Source: an uncultured Acidimicrobiales bacterium (GTDB taxonomy: Bacteria > Actinomycetota > Acidimicrobiia > Acidimicrobiales > SZUA-35). From it: a stretch of DNA of 64,000 nucleotides. Under the pieces are notes generated by a model that saw only the letters and a program-made list of their open reading frames with translations, made no database searches and had not been told where the DNA came from. Position 1 is the stretch's first letter. Each line of letters starts with the position of its first letter. Below, one piece after another: positions 1 through 9,330 of the stretch. The stretch covers positions 79,209 through 143,208 of the forward strand of contig CAVZHQ010000001.1 of assembly GCA_963775125.1 (NCBI GenBank). The letters are read 5' to 3'. The position numbers were made by a program, and so were the translations under genes.

Positions 1-961
1 GGAAGAGCGGTTGGCCAGGGTCATGCCCGAGTGGGAGGGCGCCTTCTCGCTCGTCATCATCTCGGGCACGAAGGTCATCGCCGCTCGAGATCCCTGGGGC
101 TTCCGCCCGCTCTCGCTCGGCCGCCTGCCGAGCGGTGGGCATGCGGTCGCCTCGGAGACCGGGGCGCTGCGGACGCTTGGCTGCGATGCCATCAAGGAAA
201 TCGGTCCCGGTCAGATCGTCGTGCTCCAGGGCGATGTCGTCCGGACCTTGCAGGCGGTCTCGCCCAAGGAAAAACAGGCGAGGTGCACGTTCGAGCACAT
301 CTACTTCTCTCGACCCGACGCCGTGTGGGACGGCCTGTCGGTCCACCAGGTTCGCCAGCGTCTCGGCGAGGAACTCGCTCGCCAGCATCCGGTCGAAGCC
401 GACATCGTCGTGCCGGTTCCGGACTCCTCGGTGCCCGCCGCCATCGGCTATTCGGCGGTTTCCGGCATCGCCTACAACGAGGCGTTCGTCAAGAACCGGT
501 ACATCGGCCGCACGTTCATCGAGCCGACCGACGAGCTTCGCCGAAGCGGCGTCGCCCTCAAGTTCAACACGCTCGAGGACAACATTCGGGGCAAGCGTCT
601 GGTCGTCATCGACGATTCCATCGTCCGTGGCACCACGTCGGGTCCGCTGATTCGCATGCTGCGCGACGCGGGAGCCCTCGAGGTGCACGTGCGCATCACC
701 TGCCCCCCCATTGCCCACCCCTGCTTCTTCGGGGTCGACATGGGGACCTACGAGGAACTCATCGCCCATCAACTGTCGGTCGCCGAGATCAACGCGCACA
801 TCGGCTCGGACAGCCTCGGTTTCCTGGAACTCGAGCGCATGATGAAGGCCATTGGTCGCGACGATGGCTACTGCAATGCGTGTTTCACCGGAAGCTATCC
901 GGTGCCGGTTCAGCTTTCGCTGGCCACCAGCAAGCAACGATTCGATGGAGTTCTCGGGTGA
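1..961 (+). CDS. purF: amidophosphoribosyltransferase, C-terminal ~316 aa (5' end outside window)
   Basis: ORF 11..961 has PRTase motifs VVPVPDSS and LVVIDDSIVRGTT, and a C-terminal CFFGVD..CNACFTG. TGA 959-961 overlaps the next start (GTGA). Confidence 0.9.
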   Translation, partial: EERLARVMPEWEGAFSLVIISGTKVIAARDPWGFRPLSLGRLPSGGHAVASETGALRTLGCDAIKEIGPGQIVVLQGDVVRTLQAVSPKEKQARCTFEHIYFSRPDAVWDGLSVHQVRQRLGEELARQHPVEADIVVPVPDSSVPAAIGYSAVSGIAYNEAFVKNRYIGRTFIEPTDELRRSGVALKFNTLEDNIRGKRLVVIDDSIVRGTTSGPLIRMLRDAGALEVHVRITCPPIAHPCFFGVDMGTYEELIAHQLSVAEINAHIGSDSLGFLELERMMKAIGRDDGYCNACFTGSYPVPVQLSLATSKQRFDGVLG

Positions 962-3225
962 ACATTCTGTTGTTGGGCTCGGGCGGCCGCGAGCACGCCA
1001 TCGCGGTGGCGCTGCTGCGTGAACCCGATCGGCGGCTGTTCGTCGCTCCGGGCAACGCGGGAACTGCGGCGCACAACGTCGACCTGGATCTCGACGACCA
1101 TCAGGACATCCTCAACTTCTGCGAAGCCGAGCGCATCGACCTGGTGATCATCGGTCCCGAGGCCCCCCTCGTCGCCGGCCTTGCCGATGATCTGCAGGCA
1201 TCGGGCATCCCCTGCTTCGGGCCCACTGCGGCAGCGGCCCGTCTGGAAGGATCGAAGGCCTTCACCCGACAGTTCGCCAGCAGGCACGGCATTCCCGGCC
1301 CTCGATCGGCCACGTTCACCGACGTCGGCCAAGCCTTGGCCTGGCTCGACGAGGTGGGCAAGCCGGTCGTGGTCAAGGCCGACGGACTGGCATCGGGGAA
1401 AGGCGTCATCGTCCCGGCCGACCGGGTCGAGACCGAACGGGCGATCTTCGAGATGCTGTCGGGCCAGACCCTGGGAGCCGCAGGCAGCACCATCGTCCTC
1501 GAAGAACGCATGGAGGGCGAGGAGATCTCGCTCATCGGGTTCTGCGACGGCCGCACGGTCAAGGCGCTGCCTCCGGCTCAGGACCACAAGCGAGTCGGTG
1601 AGCACGACACCGGCGCCAACACCGGAGGCATGGGTGCCTTCGCTCCCGTGCCCAGTGTGAGCAACGCCCTCTGGCACGAGCTCACCGTGAGCTTTCTCCA
1701 GCGCGCGGTCGATGCCATGGCCAGCGAGGGTACGCCGTACGTAGGCATGCTGTACGCCGGACTCATGCTCACCTCCGCCGGTCCCCGGCTGGTCGAGTAC
1801 AACTGCCGGTTCGGTGATCCCGAGGCCCAGGTCTTGCTCCCGCTGCTTGCGTCCGATCTGCTCGAGGTGATCCAAGCGTGCATCGACGGTCATCTGGCCG
1901 ACGTCGACCTGCTCATCCGACCGGGCACCGCTGCGGCTGTCGTGGTTGCAGCCGAGGGCTATCCCGCCGCGCCACGGGTGGACCTCCTCGTTCCCACGGT
2001 CACGGGGACCGCTGACGCCATGGTGCTGCACGGTTCGACCAAGGTCGATCCCGCAGGCCGCGCCGTGTCGACGGGGGGCCGAGTCCTCAACGTCGTCGGC
2101 ATGGGCCAAGAGCTGGCTGCTGCCCTCGACGCTGCCTACGAGGTGGTGAACCAGATCACGATCGACGGCGCTCACCTGTTCGCCCGCTCCGACATCGGAT
2201 GGAGACACTTGCCCCGCGACCCGTACGAACAAGCCGGCGTGTCCTTGAGCGCAGGGGCGGCCACCACCGCCCGAATCGCGGCGTCGGTGAAGAGCACGCA
2301 CGATGCTCGGGTGGTCGCCGGCCTCGGAAGCTTCGGTGGCGTCTTCGACATCGCCGCGCTGGTGAAGATGGACCAACCGCTCCTGGTGGCTTCCACCGAC
2401 GGGGTGGGGACCAAGACGCTCATTGCCGAGAAGCTCGATCGTTGGGAAGGGTGCGGCGCCGACATCGTGAACCATGGGGTCAACGATGTGCTCGTGCAGG
2501 GGGCGCGGCCGCTCTTCTTCCTCGACACCGTCGCGTCCGCCACGCTGGACCCCGAGATCGTCGGCCGGGTGGTCGACGGCATGGCCGAGGCCTGCAGGAA
2601 CAACGGCGTCGTTCTCCTGGGCGGCGAGACGGCTGAGATGCCCGACGTACTGGTCGCCGGCGCCGTCGACATCTCCGGAACACTGGTCGGCGCGGTCGAA
2701 CGAGGCCGGTTGCTGCCTCGTCCTGGCATCGCGCCCGGACATGTGTTGGTCGGGTTGGCCTCTTCGGGGTTGCACACCAACGGGTACAGCCTTGCCCGCA
2801 AGGTCGTGGCCGAGCTCGACCTTCGCCAACCGCTACCCGGCGGTGACGGTGAGTCCATCGGCGACGCGCTTCTCGCGGTGCACCGAAGCTACCTGGCACC
2901 ACTGAGTGCAGCGCTCGACGCCGACCTCATCGACGGCCTGGCCCACATCACCGGAGGCGGGCTCATCGACAACCTGCCCCGCATTCTGCCCGACGGCTGC
3001 GGGGCCGCCATCGACCGCAACTCCTGGGTCGTGCCACCCCTGTTCCAATTCATCATCGCCCGCAGCGGGCTCGACCCGGTCGAGTCGCTCAATTTCCTCA
3101 ACTGCGGCATCGGCATGGTCGCGGTCGTTGCCCCCGAGAACGTCGATGCGGCCCGCGCCGCGATCCCCGAGGAAACGTGGATCATCGGACACGTGACCGA
3201 AGGCGCCGAGGTGCGCATCGGATGA
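958..3225 (+). CDS. purD-purM: fused phosphoribosylamine-glycine ligase (PurD) / AIR synthetase (PurM), 755 aa
   Basis: One open frame runs from GTG 958 to TGA 3223-3225 (in-frame part of ORF 31..3225). The N-half is PurD (ILLLGSGGREHA, GLASGKGV, tail RSDIGWR). The C-half is PurM (YEQAGVS, STDGVGTK, GGETAEMP, SSGLHTNGYSL). Only HLPRD lies between the halves and there is no stop. Confidence 0.8.
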   Translation: MNILLLGSGGREHAIAVALLREPDRRLFVAPGNAGTAAHNVDLDLDDHQDILNFCEAERIDLVIIGPEAPLVAGLADDLQASGIPCFGPTAAAARLEGSKAFTRQFASRHGIPGPRSATFTDVGQALAWLDEVGKPVVVKADGLASGKGVIVPADRVETERAIFEMLSGQTLGAAGSTIVLEERMEGEEISLIGFCDGRTVKALPPAQDHKRVGEHDTGANTGGMGAFAPVPSVSNALWHELTVSFLQRAVDAMASEGTPYVGMLYAGLMLTSAGPRLVEYNCRFGDPEAQVLLPLLASDLLEVIQACIDGHLADVDLLIRPGTAAAVVVAAEGYPAAPRVDLLVPTVTGTADAMVLHGSTKVDPAGRAVSTGGRVLNVVGMGQELAAALDAAYEVVNQITIDGAHLFARSDIGWRHLPRDPYEQAGVSLSAGAATTARIAASVKSTHDARVVAGLGSFGGVFDIAALVKMDQPLLVASTDGVGTKTLIAEKLDRWEGCGADIVNHGVNDVLVQGARPLFFLDTVASATLDPEIVGRVVDGMAEACRNNGVVLLGGETAEMPDVLVAGAVDISGTLVGAVERGRLLPRPGIAPGHVLVGLASSGLHTNGYSLARKVVAELDLRQPLPGGDGESIGDALLAVHRSYLAPLSAALDADLIDGLAHITGGGLIDNLPRILPDGCGAAIDRNSWVVPPLFQFIIARSGLDPVESLNFLNCGIGMVAVVAPENVDAARAAIPEETWIIGHVTEGAEVRIG

Positions 3226-3917
3226 TCGTCCCGCCGGCGGGTCGGGGCCGGGTGACGGTGTTGGTGTCCGGCAACGGCAGCAACCTGCAAGCCCTCATCG
3301 ACGCGGTGGCCGCCGGAACCCTCGATGCTTCGCTGGTCAGCGTCGTATCCAACCGCCCCGACGCGTTCGGACTGGTCCGAGCCCGTGAGAGCGGCATCCC
3401 GACGACGGTCGTCACGGTCGATGGCGACGACCGGTGCACCTACGATCGGCGTCTCGCCGAGGTCGTCGGCCTGACGGAGCCGGACATCGTCGTGCTGGCG
3501 GGCTGGATGCGCATCCTCACCATGGAGTTCCTCGGCCGCTTCCGCGTCGTCAACCTCCACCCGGCCAAGCCCGGCGCGTTCCCGGGAACGCACGCCATCG
3601 AACGGGCATTTGCCGCTTGGATGGCCGGCGAGATCGACGAATCCGGCGTGATGGTCCACTGGGTCCCCGACGAGGGCGTCGACTCGGGGCCTGTCATCGA
3701 GTCGACTGCGGTTCCCTTCGAGCCCGGCGACAGCCTGGAGGCCTTCGAGGCCCGAATGCACGGCGCCGAACACCGCCTTCTCGTGTCCGCCATCGGTCGC
3801 GCACTCGACACCGTCGCTCACCGGCCGAACACCCTCTGGCCGAACACGCTCTGGCCGAACACCCTCTGGCCTAACCTTTCATCATCCATCACGCCCGAGG
3901 AGACCGGTCTCGCATGA
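3222..3917 (+). CDS. purN: phosphoribosylglycinamide formyltransferase with C-terminal PNTLW x3 tail
   Basis: ATG 3222 overlaps the purD-purM stop (ATGA). Motifs VLVSGNGSNLQALID, LAGWMRIL, NLHPA. The stop overlaps the guaB ATG (ATGA 3914-3917). Confidence 0.85.
   Translation: MIVPPAGRGRVTVLVSGNGSNLQALIDAVAAGTLDASLVSVVSNRPDAFGLVRARESGIPTTVVTVDGDDRCTYDRRLAEVVGLTEPDIVVLAGWMRILTMEFLGRFRVVNLHPAKPGAFPGTHAIERAFAAWMAGEIDESGVMVHWVPDEGVDSGPVIESTAVPFEPGDSLEAFEARMHGAEHRLLVSAIGRALDTVAHRPNTLWPNTLWPNTLWPNLSSSITPEETGLA
3825..3875. repeat. 15-bp tandem repeat CCGAACACCCTCTGG x3 plus a partial copy, in frame in the purN 3' end
   Basis: Read directly. Units at 3825, 3840 and 3855, with one substitution in unit 2. 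Confidence 0.95.
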
Positions 3918-5416
3918 CTGACCAAGACCAGCTACATCCCAACCGGCCCAATCCGAATCATGACCTGTTCGGTCACCACGAGGCCCTGACGTTCGACGAT
4001 GTGCTGGTCGTTCCGGGTTGGAGCGAGGTCCTGCCCACCCAGGTCGACACCACCACCGAGATCGCGGGCCTCGTGCTACGGACACCGTTGCTCTCGGCGG
4101 CCATGGACACCGTCACCGAGGCGCCGTTGGCCATCGCCCTCGCTCGGGAAGGAGGGGTCGGTGTCCTCCACCGGAACCTCAGCATCGAGGATCAGGTCGA
4201 CAACGTCGATCGGGTCAAGCGGGCGCAGTCGGGCATGATCGACCATCCGGTCAGCCTCAATCCCCGAGCAACGTTGGCCGACGCCGAGGCGATGATGGGG
4301 CGCCACAAGATCAGCGGCGTTCCCATCTGCGACGACGACGGCCGCCTGGTCGGCATCCTCACCAATCGCGATGTCCGGTTCTGTGGCGACGACGAATACG
4401 GCCGACCCGTCACCGAGTTCATGACCAGCGATGGTCTGGTGACCGCCCCGGTGGGTACCGGCCTGGATGAAGCAGTGCAGATCCTGCACAAGCATCGCAT
4501 CGAGAAACTGCCCCTGGTCGACGACGCCGGACGTCTGTGCGGCCTCATCACGGTCAAGGACATCGTCAAGCGCATCGAGAAGCCCGAATCGACCCTGGAC
4601 GAGCGCGGACGCCTGTGCGTCGGTGCGGCGGTCGGCGTGACCGATGTTGCGGAACGAACCGAAGCTCTCGTCGGGGCCGATGTCGACTTCCTTGTCATCG
4701 ACACGGCGCACGGACACACGCGAGGCGTCGTCGAAGCGGTGGCCACCATCAAGAAGGGCTGGCCCGATCTGTGCGTGGTCGCCGGCAACGTCGTCACCCG
4801 CGAGGGCGTCGAGGCGCTGGCCGAGGTGGGCGCCGATGTCATCAAGGTCGGCGTCGGTGCCGGGTCGATCTGCACCACCAGGGTCGTTGCGGGAGCGGGA
4901 ATGCCCCAGATGACCGCCATCTTCGAATGCGCGCAGGCAGCGCGGGAGATCGGCCGGCGGTACGGGCGCCATCTGCCGATCATCGCCGACGGCGGTGTGG
5001 TCACTTCTGGCGACATCGTCAAGGCCTTCGTCGGTGGGGCCGACGCCGTCATGGTCGGTAACCTGCTCGCCGGGGTCGACGAGGCACCGGGCGATCTCGA
5101 ACTTGTCGACGGCGCCATGTGGAAGACCTACCGGGGTATGGGGTCGGCCGGAGCCATGCGTGGCCGTGCAGCCGACCGTTACGGAACCGGGCAGGGCGGT
5201 CACAAGCATGTGGCCGAAGGAGTCGAAGCCCGGGTCCGCTACGCCGGGCCGCTGGCCGAGCTGGTGTCCCAGCTCATCGGCGGTCTTCGGTCGGGCATGG
5301 GATATGCCGGTGCTGCCAACTTGTCCGACCTCCAGAACCGCACCCGACTGGTCCGGATCACCGGTGCCGGGCTCCGCGAGAGCCACCCCCACGACGTCGA
5401 CGTCACCCGAGACTGA
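3914..5416 (+). CDS. guaB: IMP dehydrogenase (with CBS pair)
   Basis: ORF 3914..5416, 500 aa. Motifs ALTFDDVLVVPG, CBS region ISGVPI..ILTNRDV, catalytic GVGAGSICTTR, MGSxxAM. Confidence 0.93.
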   Translation: MTDQDQLHPNRPNPNHDLFGHHEALTFDDVLVVPGWSEVLPTQVDTTTEIAGLVLRTPLLSAAMDTVTEAPLAIALAREGGVGVLHRNLSIEDQVDNVDRVKRAQSGMIDHPVSLNPRATLADAEAMMGRHKISGVPICDDDGRLVGILTNRDVRFCGDDEYGRPVTEFMTSDGLVTAPVGTGLDEAVQILHKHRIEKLPLVDDAGRLCGLITVKDIVKRIEKPESTLDERGRLCVGAAVGVTDVAERTEALVGADVDFLVIDTAHGHTRGVVEAVATIKKGWPDLCVVAGNVVTREGVEALAEVGADVIKVGVGAGSICTTRVVAGAGMPQMTAIFECAQAAREIGRRYGRHLPIIADGGVVTSGDIVKAFVGGADAVMVGNLLAGVDEAPGDLELVDGAMWKTYRGMGSAGAMRGRAADRYGTGQGGHKHVAEGVEARVRYAGPLAELVSQLIGGLRSGMGYAGAANLSDLQNRTRLVRITGAGLRESHPHDVDVTRD

Positions 5417-5458
5417 CGGTCACGCAGGACTGACCGTCACGCAGGACTGACCGTCACC
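5411..5458. repeat. 17-bp tandem repeat GACTGAC(G/C)GTCACGCAG x2.8 spanning the stop codons of two convergent genes
   Basis: Read directly. Contains the guaB TGA (5414-5416) and the minus-strand TGA (5439-5437). Confidence 0.9.
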
Positions 5459-7468
5459 CACGTGTCGTGGAACGCGGCGGAACCCCGGCCATCGGCGGGG
5501 ACCGTCGGGTTGGTGAGCGCGTTGACGCTCCGCCCCTGCTCGGTGTGCCGGTTCCACCAACCGAACGGCATCGACGCCAGACCCGGCTGCAGATCAGTGC
5601 TCAGCGCGGCAGTGACCGTGAGCGTGCCCCGCTCGTTGTGCACGACCACCCGAGACCCCTCGAGCACGCCGCGCGCTGTCGCATCGTCGGGATGCAGCTC
5701 GAGCCGAGGTTCGGCCGGGTCGGGCAAATGGGCCGGATCGCCACCGTAGTTGGCGTTCAAGAAGCGGAGATGCTGTTTGCGGCTGATGAGCATGAGCGGC
5801 TCGGACTCGCCCGCGGGGGTCGGCGCGGTCCCGGGACCGGGCGGGCGATGGGTCAGGGCGCCGAGATGGAGGCGGCCGTCGGTGGTCTCGGTCGGCGCAT
5901 CGACGTTGGGGCGGAAGCCGACCGGTACGCGCAGACGCTCCCAGCGGTGGGCGACCAATGATTCGAAAGTGATGCCGTCGAGCCACGGGTGACGGCTGTC
6001 GAGCAGCCCGCGAATGAGCTCCTCGTCGGACCGGGCCAGGAGCGGATCGGTCAGACCGAGTCGCTGGGCGAGAAGTCGGAAGATCTCGGTGTTCGGGCGG
6101 GCATCGCCGACCGGAGCGATTGCGCGGCTGGTTGAGCGAGAGGTAGAGGTGGCCCCACGAGATGCCGAGGTCGAGGTGTTCGAGCTGGGTGGTCGCCGGC
6201 AGGATGACGTCGGCGTAGCGCGCCGTGTCGGTCAGGAATTGCTCGATGACCACCGTGAAGAGGTCGTCCCGTTCGAGTCCGGCGATCACCTGGTTCTGGT
6301 CGGGACAGATGACCGCAGGGTTCGAGTTGTGGACGAACAGCAGATCGATCGGAGGGTCGAGGGTCGAGTTCGTCAGCACCTGGCCGAGCGCGGCCATGTT
6401 GAACCGCCGGCGCTGATCGTCGGTGGGCGGGGGAGCCGGGTAGTTGAGCGCCGTCTCGAAGTAGATCTGGGTGGAACGGGCAAGGCCACCGCCCGGGTCT
6501 CGCCATGCTCCGGTCAGCGCCGGCAGGATGGCGATCGCCCGCATGATCTCTTGACCGTTGGTCCGGTGTTCGGCACCGATGAGCGATCGCACTGCGGCCG
6601 GCCGTTCGGTGGCGAACCGACGGGCCAACCACTCGATCCGTTCCACCGAAATGCCCGTCTCTGCGGCGACTTGGTCGAGTGACAGGACGGCGGCCGACGC
6701 GACGAGTTCTTGCGACCCGGTGGCGTGTCCGTCGAGCCACTCGGGGTCGAGGAGGCCGTCGCGATGCAACACCTGCACCAAGCCGAGCACCAGGGCGACG
6801 TCACTGCCGGGTCGCACCTGGAAGAACTCGTCGGCTCGGGCGGCGGTCGGGGTGCGAACGGGGTCGACCACGATGACGCAAGCGCCACCTGCACGCGCCC
6901 GTTCGATCACGGGCCAGAGGTGCCGATTGGTGTGGTAGGTGTTGGTGCCCCACAGCACGATGGTCCGAGCTCGGTCCAAGTCCCATGGGTCGATCCCGAA
7001 CGGCTGGCCCGAGACCTCGGCCGCGCCGAGCCAGGCGGTGACACCGCAAAGGTGCCGGTGCACGTCGCTGCTCTGGAGTACCGAGAAGAATCGGTCGGCG
7101 ACGATGCCCTTCTGAATCACCCCCTGGGTGCCGTCGAACGAGTACGGCAAGATCCGCTCGGCGCGTCCCTCGTGCCGAAGTCCGTCGATACGGGCCGCCA
7201 CGAGGTCGAGCGCGTGCTCCCACGTGGTCTGCTCGAACCGCGCCGTGCCCTTCGGTCCGACACGGACCAACGGATGGAGGAGACGCTCGGGGTGGTAGAC
7301 CCGGTCGAGGTAGCGGTTGACCTTCGGACAGAGTTGGCCCTGGGTGGTGGGGTGGTCGGGGTCGCCTCTCAGCGAGACCGCTCGCCCGTTGTGGACCGTC
7401 ACGTTCCAGACGCAACTGTCCGGGCAGTCGTGGTGGCAGGATCCGGTGACCGTCAACGCCGGCGTCAA
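5437..7468 (-). pseudogene. molybdopterin (bis-MGD) oxidoreductase, frame broken by an apparent 1-nt insertion near 6118-6130
   Basis: The N-part lies in ORF 5594..7582 (CHHDCPDSC 4Fe-4S motif, ..ADVILPATTQLEH..SLNQP). The continuation AIAPVGDARPNTEIFRLLAQRLG.. is in the next frame and joins ORF 5437..5958 (MGD-binding C-domain). The span is 2032 nt, which is 3n+1. TTG start 7468 overlaps the upstream stop. Confidence 0.75.
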
Positions 7469-8187
7469 CCGAGGTTGCGGCGGAACAAACTGTGCAGCCG
7501 CTCCCAATGCCGTTCTGATGCCTCCTGCACGTACGACGGCCGCTCGGCGAAGGCGAACCCATGCTCGGTCCCGGGGTACCACTCGACTCGGCCGTTCGCG
7601 CCGGCATCAGCGATTGCGGCGCCGAAGGCTTCGACCATTTCCGGTGGAGCCCAGTGGTCGGACTCGGCGCAGCCAATGTAGATCTCGCCCGGGATCTGGC
7701 CCAGCCGGAGATGCGGCGAGTCATCAGCGTCGGTGATGAGCCTCACGCCGTGAATGGAGGCCGCAGCCTTCACCCGATCGGCGTGATCGGCCGCAACGAT
7801 CACGGTGAAGGGCCCACTCATGCAATACCCAACGGTGCCGCAGCGGCTTGCGTCCGCTGCTGGATCGGAGTCGGCGTACTCGAAGCACGCGCCGGCATCG
7901 GCCGATGCACGGGCGTTCGTCAGGTTCTCCATCAGTTCGAACATGCGATCGCGGTCGCCCGTCTCGAAGAGGTTGTACTCGCGCACATCGCGGTAGTAGA
8001 GCATCGGCAGCATCACGTAGTAGCCGGCACTCGCCAACCGCCGGCTCATGTTCCGCAGCTCTTCGCGCATGCCCGGCGCGTCCATCTGAAACAGCACCAC
8101 GGGGTGCGGGCCGTCCTCCTCGGGATGGACGATGAAGAGGGGCATGTCGCCATCGGGCGTCGTGAGGTCGAGGTGCTTTTCGATCAT
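7465..8187 (-). CDS. dienelactone hydrolase family protein
   Basis: ORF 7465..8187, 240 aa. Nucleophile motif VGYCMSG and C-terminal GTEHGF. Confidence 0.8.
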   Translation of the reverse strand: MIEKHLDLTTPDGDMPLFIVHPEEDGPHPVVLFQMDAPGMREELRNMSRRLASAGYYVMLPMLYYRDVREYNLFETGDRDRMFELMENLTNARASADAGACFEYADSDPAADASRCGTVGYCMSGPFTVIVAADHADRVKAAASIHGVRLITDADDSPHLRLGQIPGEIYIGCAESDHWAPPEMVEAFGAAIADAGANGRVEWYPGTEHGFAFAERPSYVQEASERHWERLHSLFRRNLG

Positions 8188-9265
8188 GGCCAGACTCTCT
8201 CCTATTTCGCGCGGGTTCGCCAGCTTCGCAGGGTCGGCCGGTCATACTGTGGGCGTGCCTGCTCGATCGAGCGAACCTGTCGTCCTCCTGCCCGACGAAC
8301 GCGCCGCGATCCGGGCCTTCCTGCAGCGTTGCGAAGTCCGGTTGTCCACCCTGCACCGCACCGCCACCGCGTTGCTCTCCGGGGCCGGCCTGCTCGTCGT
8401 CCTCCCCATCGTCGCCAAGGACTCCATGACCGGGATCGTCCGGTCGCTCCTCATCGGTGAACGGTCCCTGTTCGATGGCCTGCTCCTGCTCGCCGTCGGG
8501 GCGGTGCTGCTCGTTCCCGGCGTTGCGTTGTGGCTGGTCTTCCGGGATCTCACCCGCTTCTACTTCCACGCCAACCATGTCGGCGACCAGAGTGACGCGA
8601 CCTTCACCTTGCGGTTCACGCTCACGTCACTTCGGTTGCCCGTCGATGAGCTCGCCGCGTCATCGGCGTCGGCCCTGGCGACCGCTCGTTCCGCCGATGG
8701 GGCGATCGAACTCCTCGTCCCAGCCAATGACGCGGCACGACGACGCATCGACCGTCAGCTTCACGTCTACGACGCCGGACGGTCGCGGGTCATGGCCACC
8801 GACGCCGATCGGGCCGAGGCGATGTTCGAACTTGCGGCAGCCCACTCGCGCTCCCTGGTCGAAGAGGTTGCCAAGGTGGAGCACGGGATGGCCCGACACA
8901 CCCTCCGGCTCCAGGGCATCGTGCTGCGCTACGTGAAGGCGTTGCTGGCGTTGTTGGTCACCGCAGCCGCGGTCTACGCCGGGGACGCTGCCGTGGCCGG
9001 CGCGCTCGCCACCGGCGACGGCGTGCATGCCATCGAGGCCATCTGGCTCTCGGCGATCCTATTGCTCTGGGCCCCGGCCGTCGTGCTGGCCGTCAAGTCA
9101 CCCGTTCGGTGGATCGAGCAACTGGCTCGGTCGGAGGCCTCATCGTCCACCGCGGTTGCCAACGATCCGGAGTTCACCTTCGTCGAGCGAGTGACCTTGC
9201 GCATCGTCGGCGTGGCCGGAGTCGCCTCGGCCGCAGCGCTTGCTGCCGCCATCGTTCAGTACTGA
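8186..9265 (+). CDS. hypothetical multi-pass membrane protein
   Basis: In-frame part of ORF 8132..9265 beyond the divergent gene start. Several hydrophobic segments. No family recognised and the start is uncertain (GTG ~8251 also possible). Confidence 0.45.
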   Translation: MARLSPISRGFASFAGSAGHTVGVPARSSEPVVLLPDERAAIRAFLQRCEVRLSTLHRTATALLSGAGLLVVLPIVAKDSMTGIVRSLLIGERSLFDGLLLLAVGAVLLVPGVALWLVFRDLTRFYFHANHVGDQSDATFTLRFTLTSLRLPVDELAASSASALATARSADGAIELLVPANDAARRRIDRQLHVYDAGRSRVMATDADRAEAMFELAAAHSRSLVEEVAKVEHGMARHTLRLQGIVLRYVKALLALLVTAAAVYAGDAAVAGALATGDGVHAIEAIWLSAILLLWAPAVVLAVKSPVRWIEQLARSEASSSTAVANDPEFTFVERVTLRIVGVAGVASAAALAAAIVQY

Positions 9266-9330
9266 CCATAACCGACTGAGCTGTCCGATTTCCGCTAGCG
9301 AGAGCGGGACTCGTCGGTCAGACTGCGAGC

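Noticed and set aside
31-957. N-terminal 309 codons of the 1064-aa ORF 31..3225.
   Set aside because: They are out of frame with, and fully overlap, the conserved purF coding sequence, and they translate to Arg-rich junk. Real purD begins at GTG 958, coupled to the purF stop.
910-2829. Long alternative-frame and antisense ORFs, e.g. 910..2829(-), 4076..5392(-), 9580..10428(-), 27732..29552(-), 54342..57068(-), 58369..59823(-), 21937..23190(+).
   Set aside because: They overlap well-supported conserved genes. Their translations are Arg/Pro/Gly/Ala-rich low-complexity with no recognisable motifs. Stop-free antisense frames are expected in GC-rich DNA.
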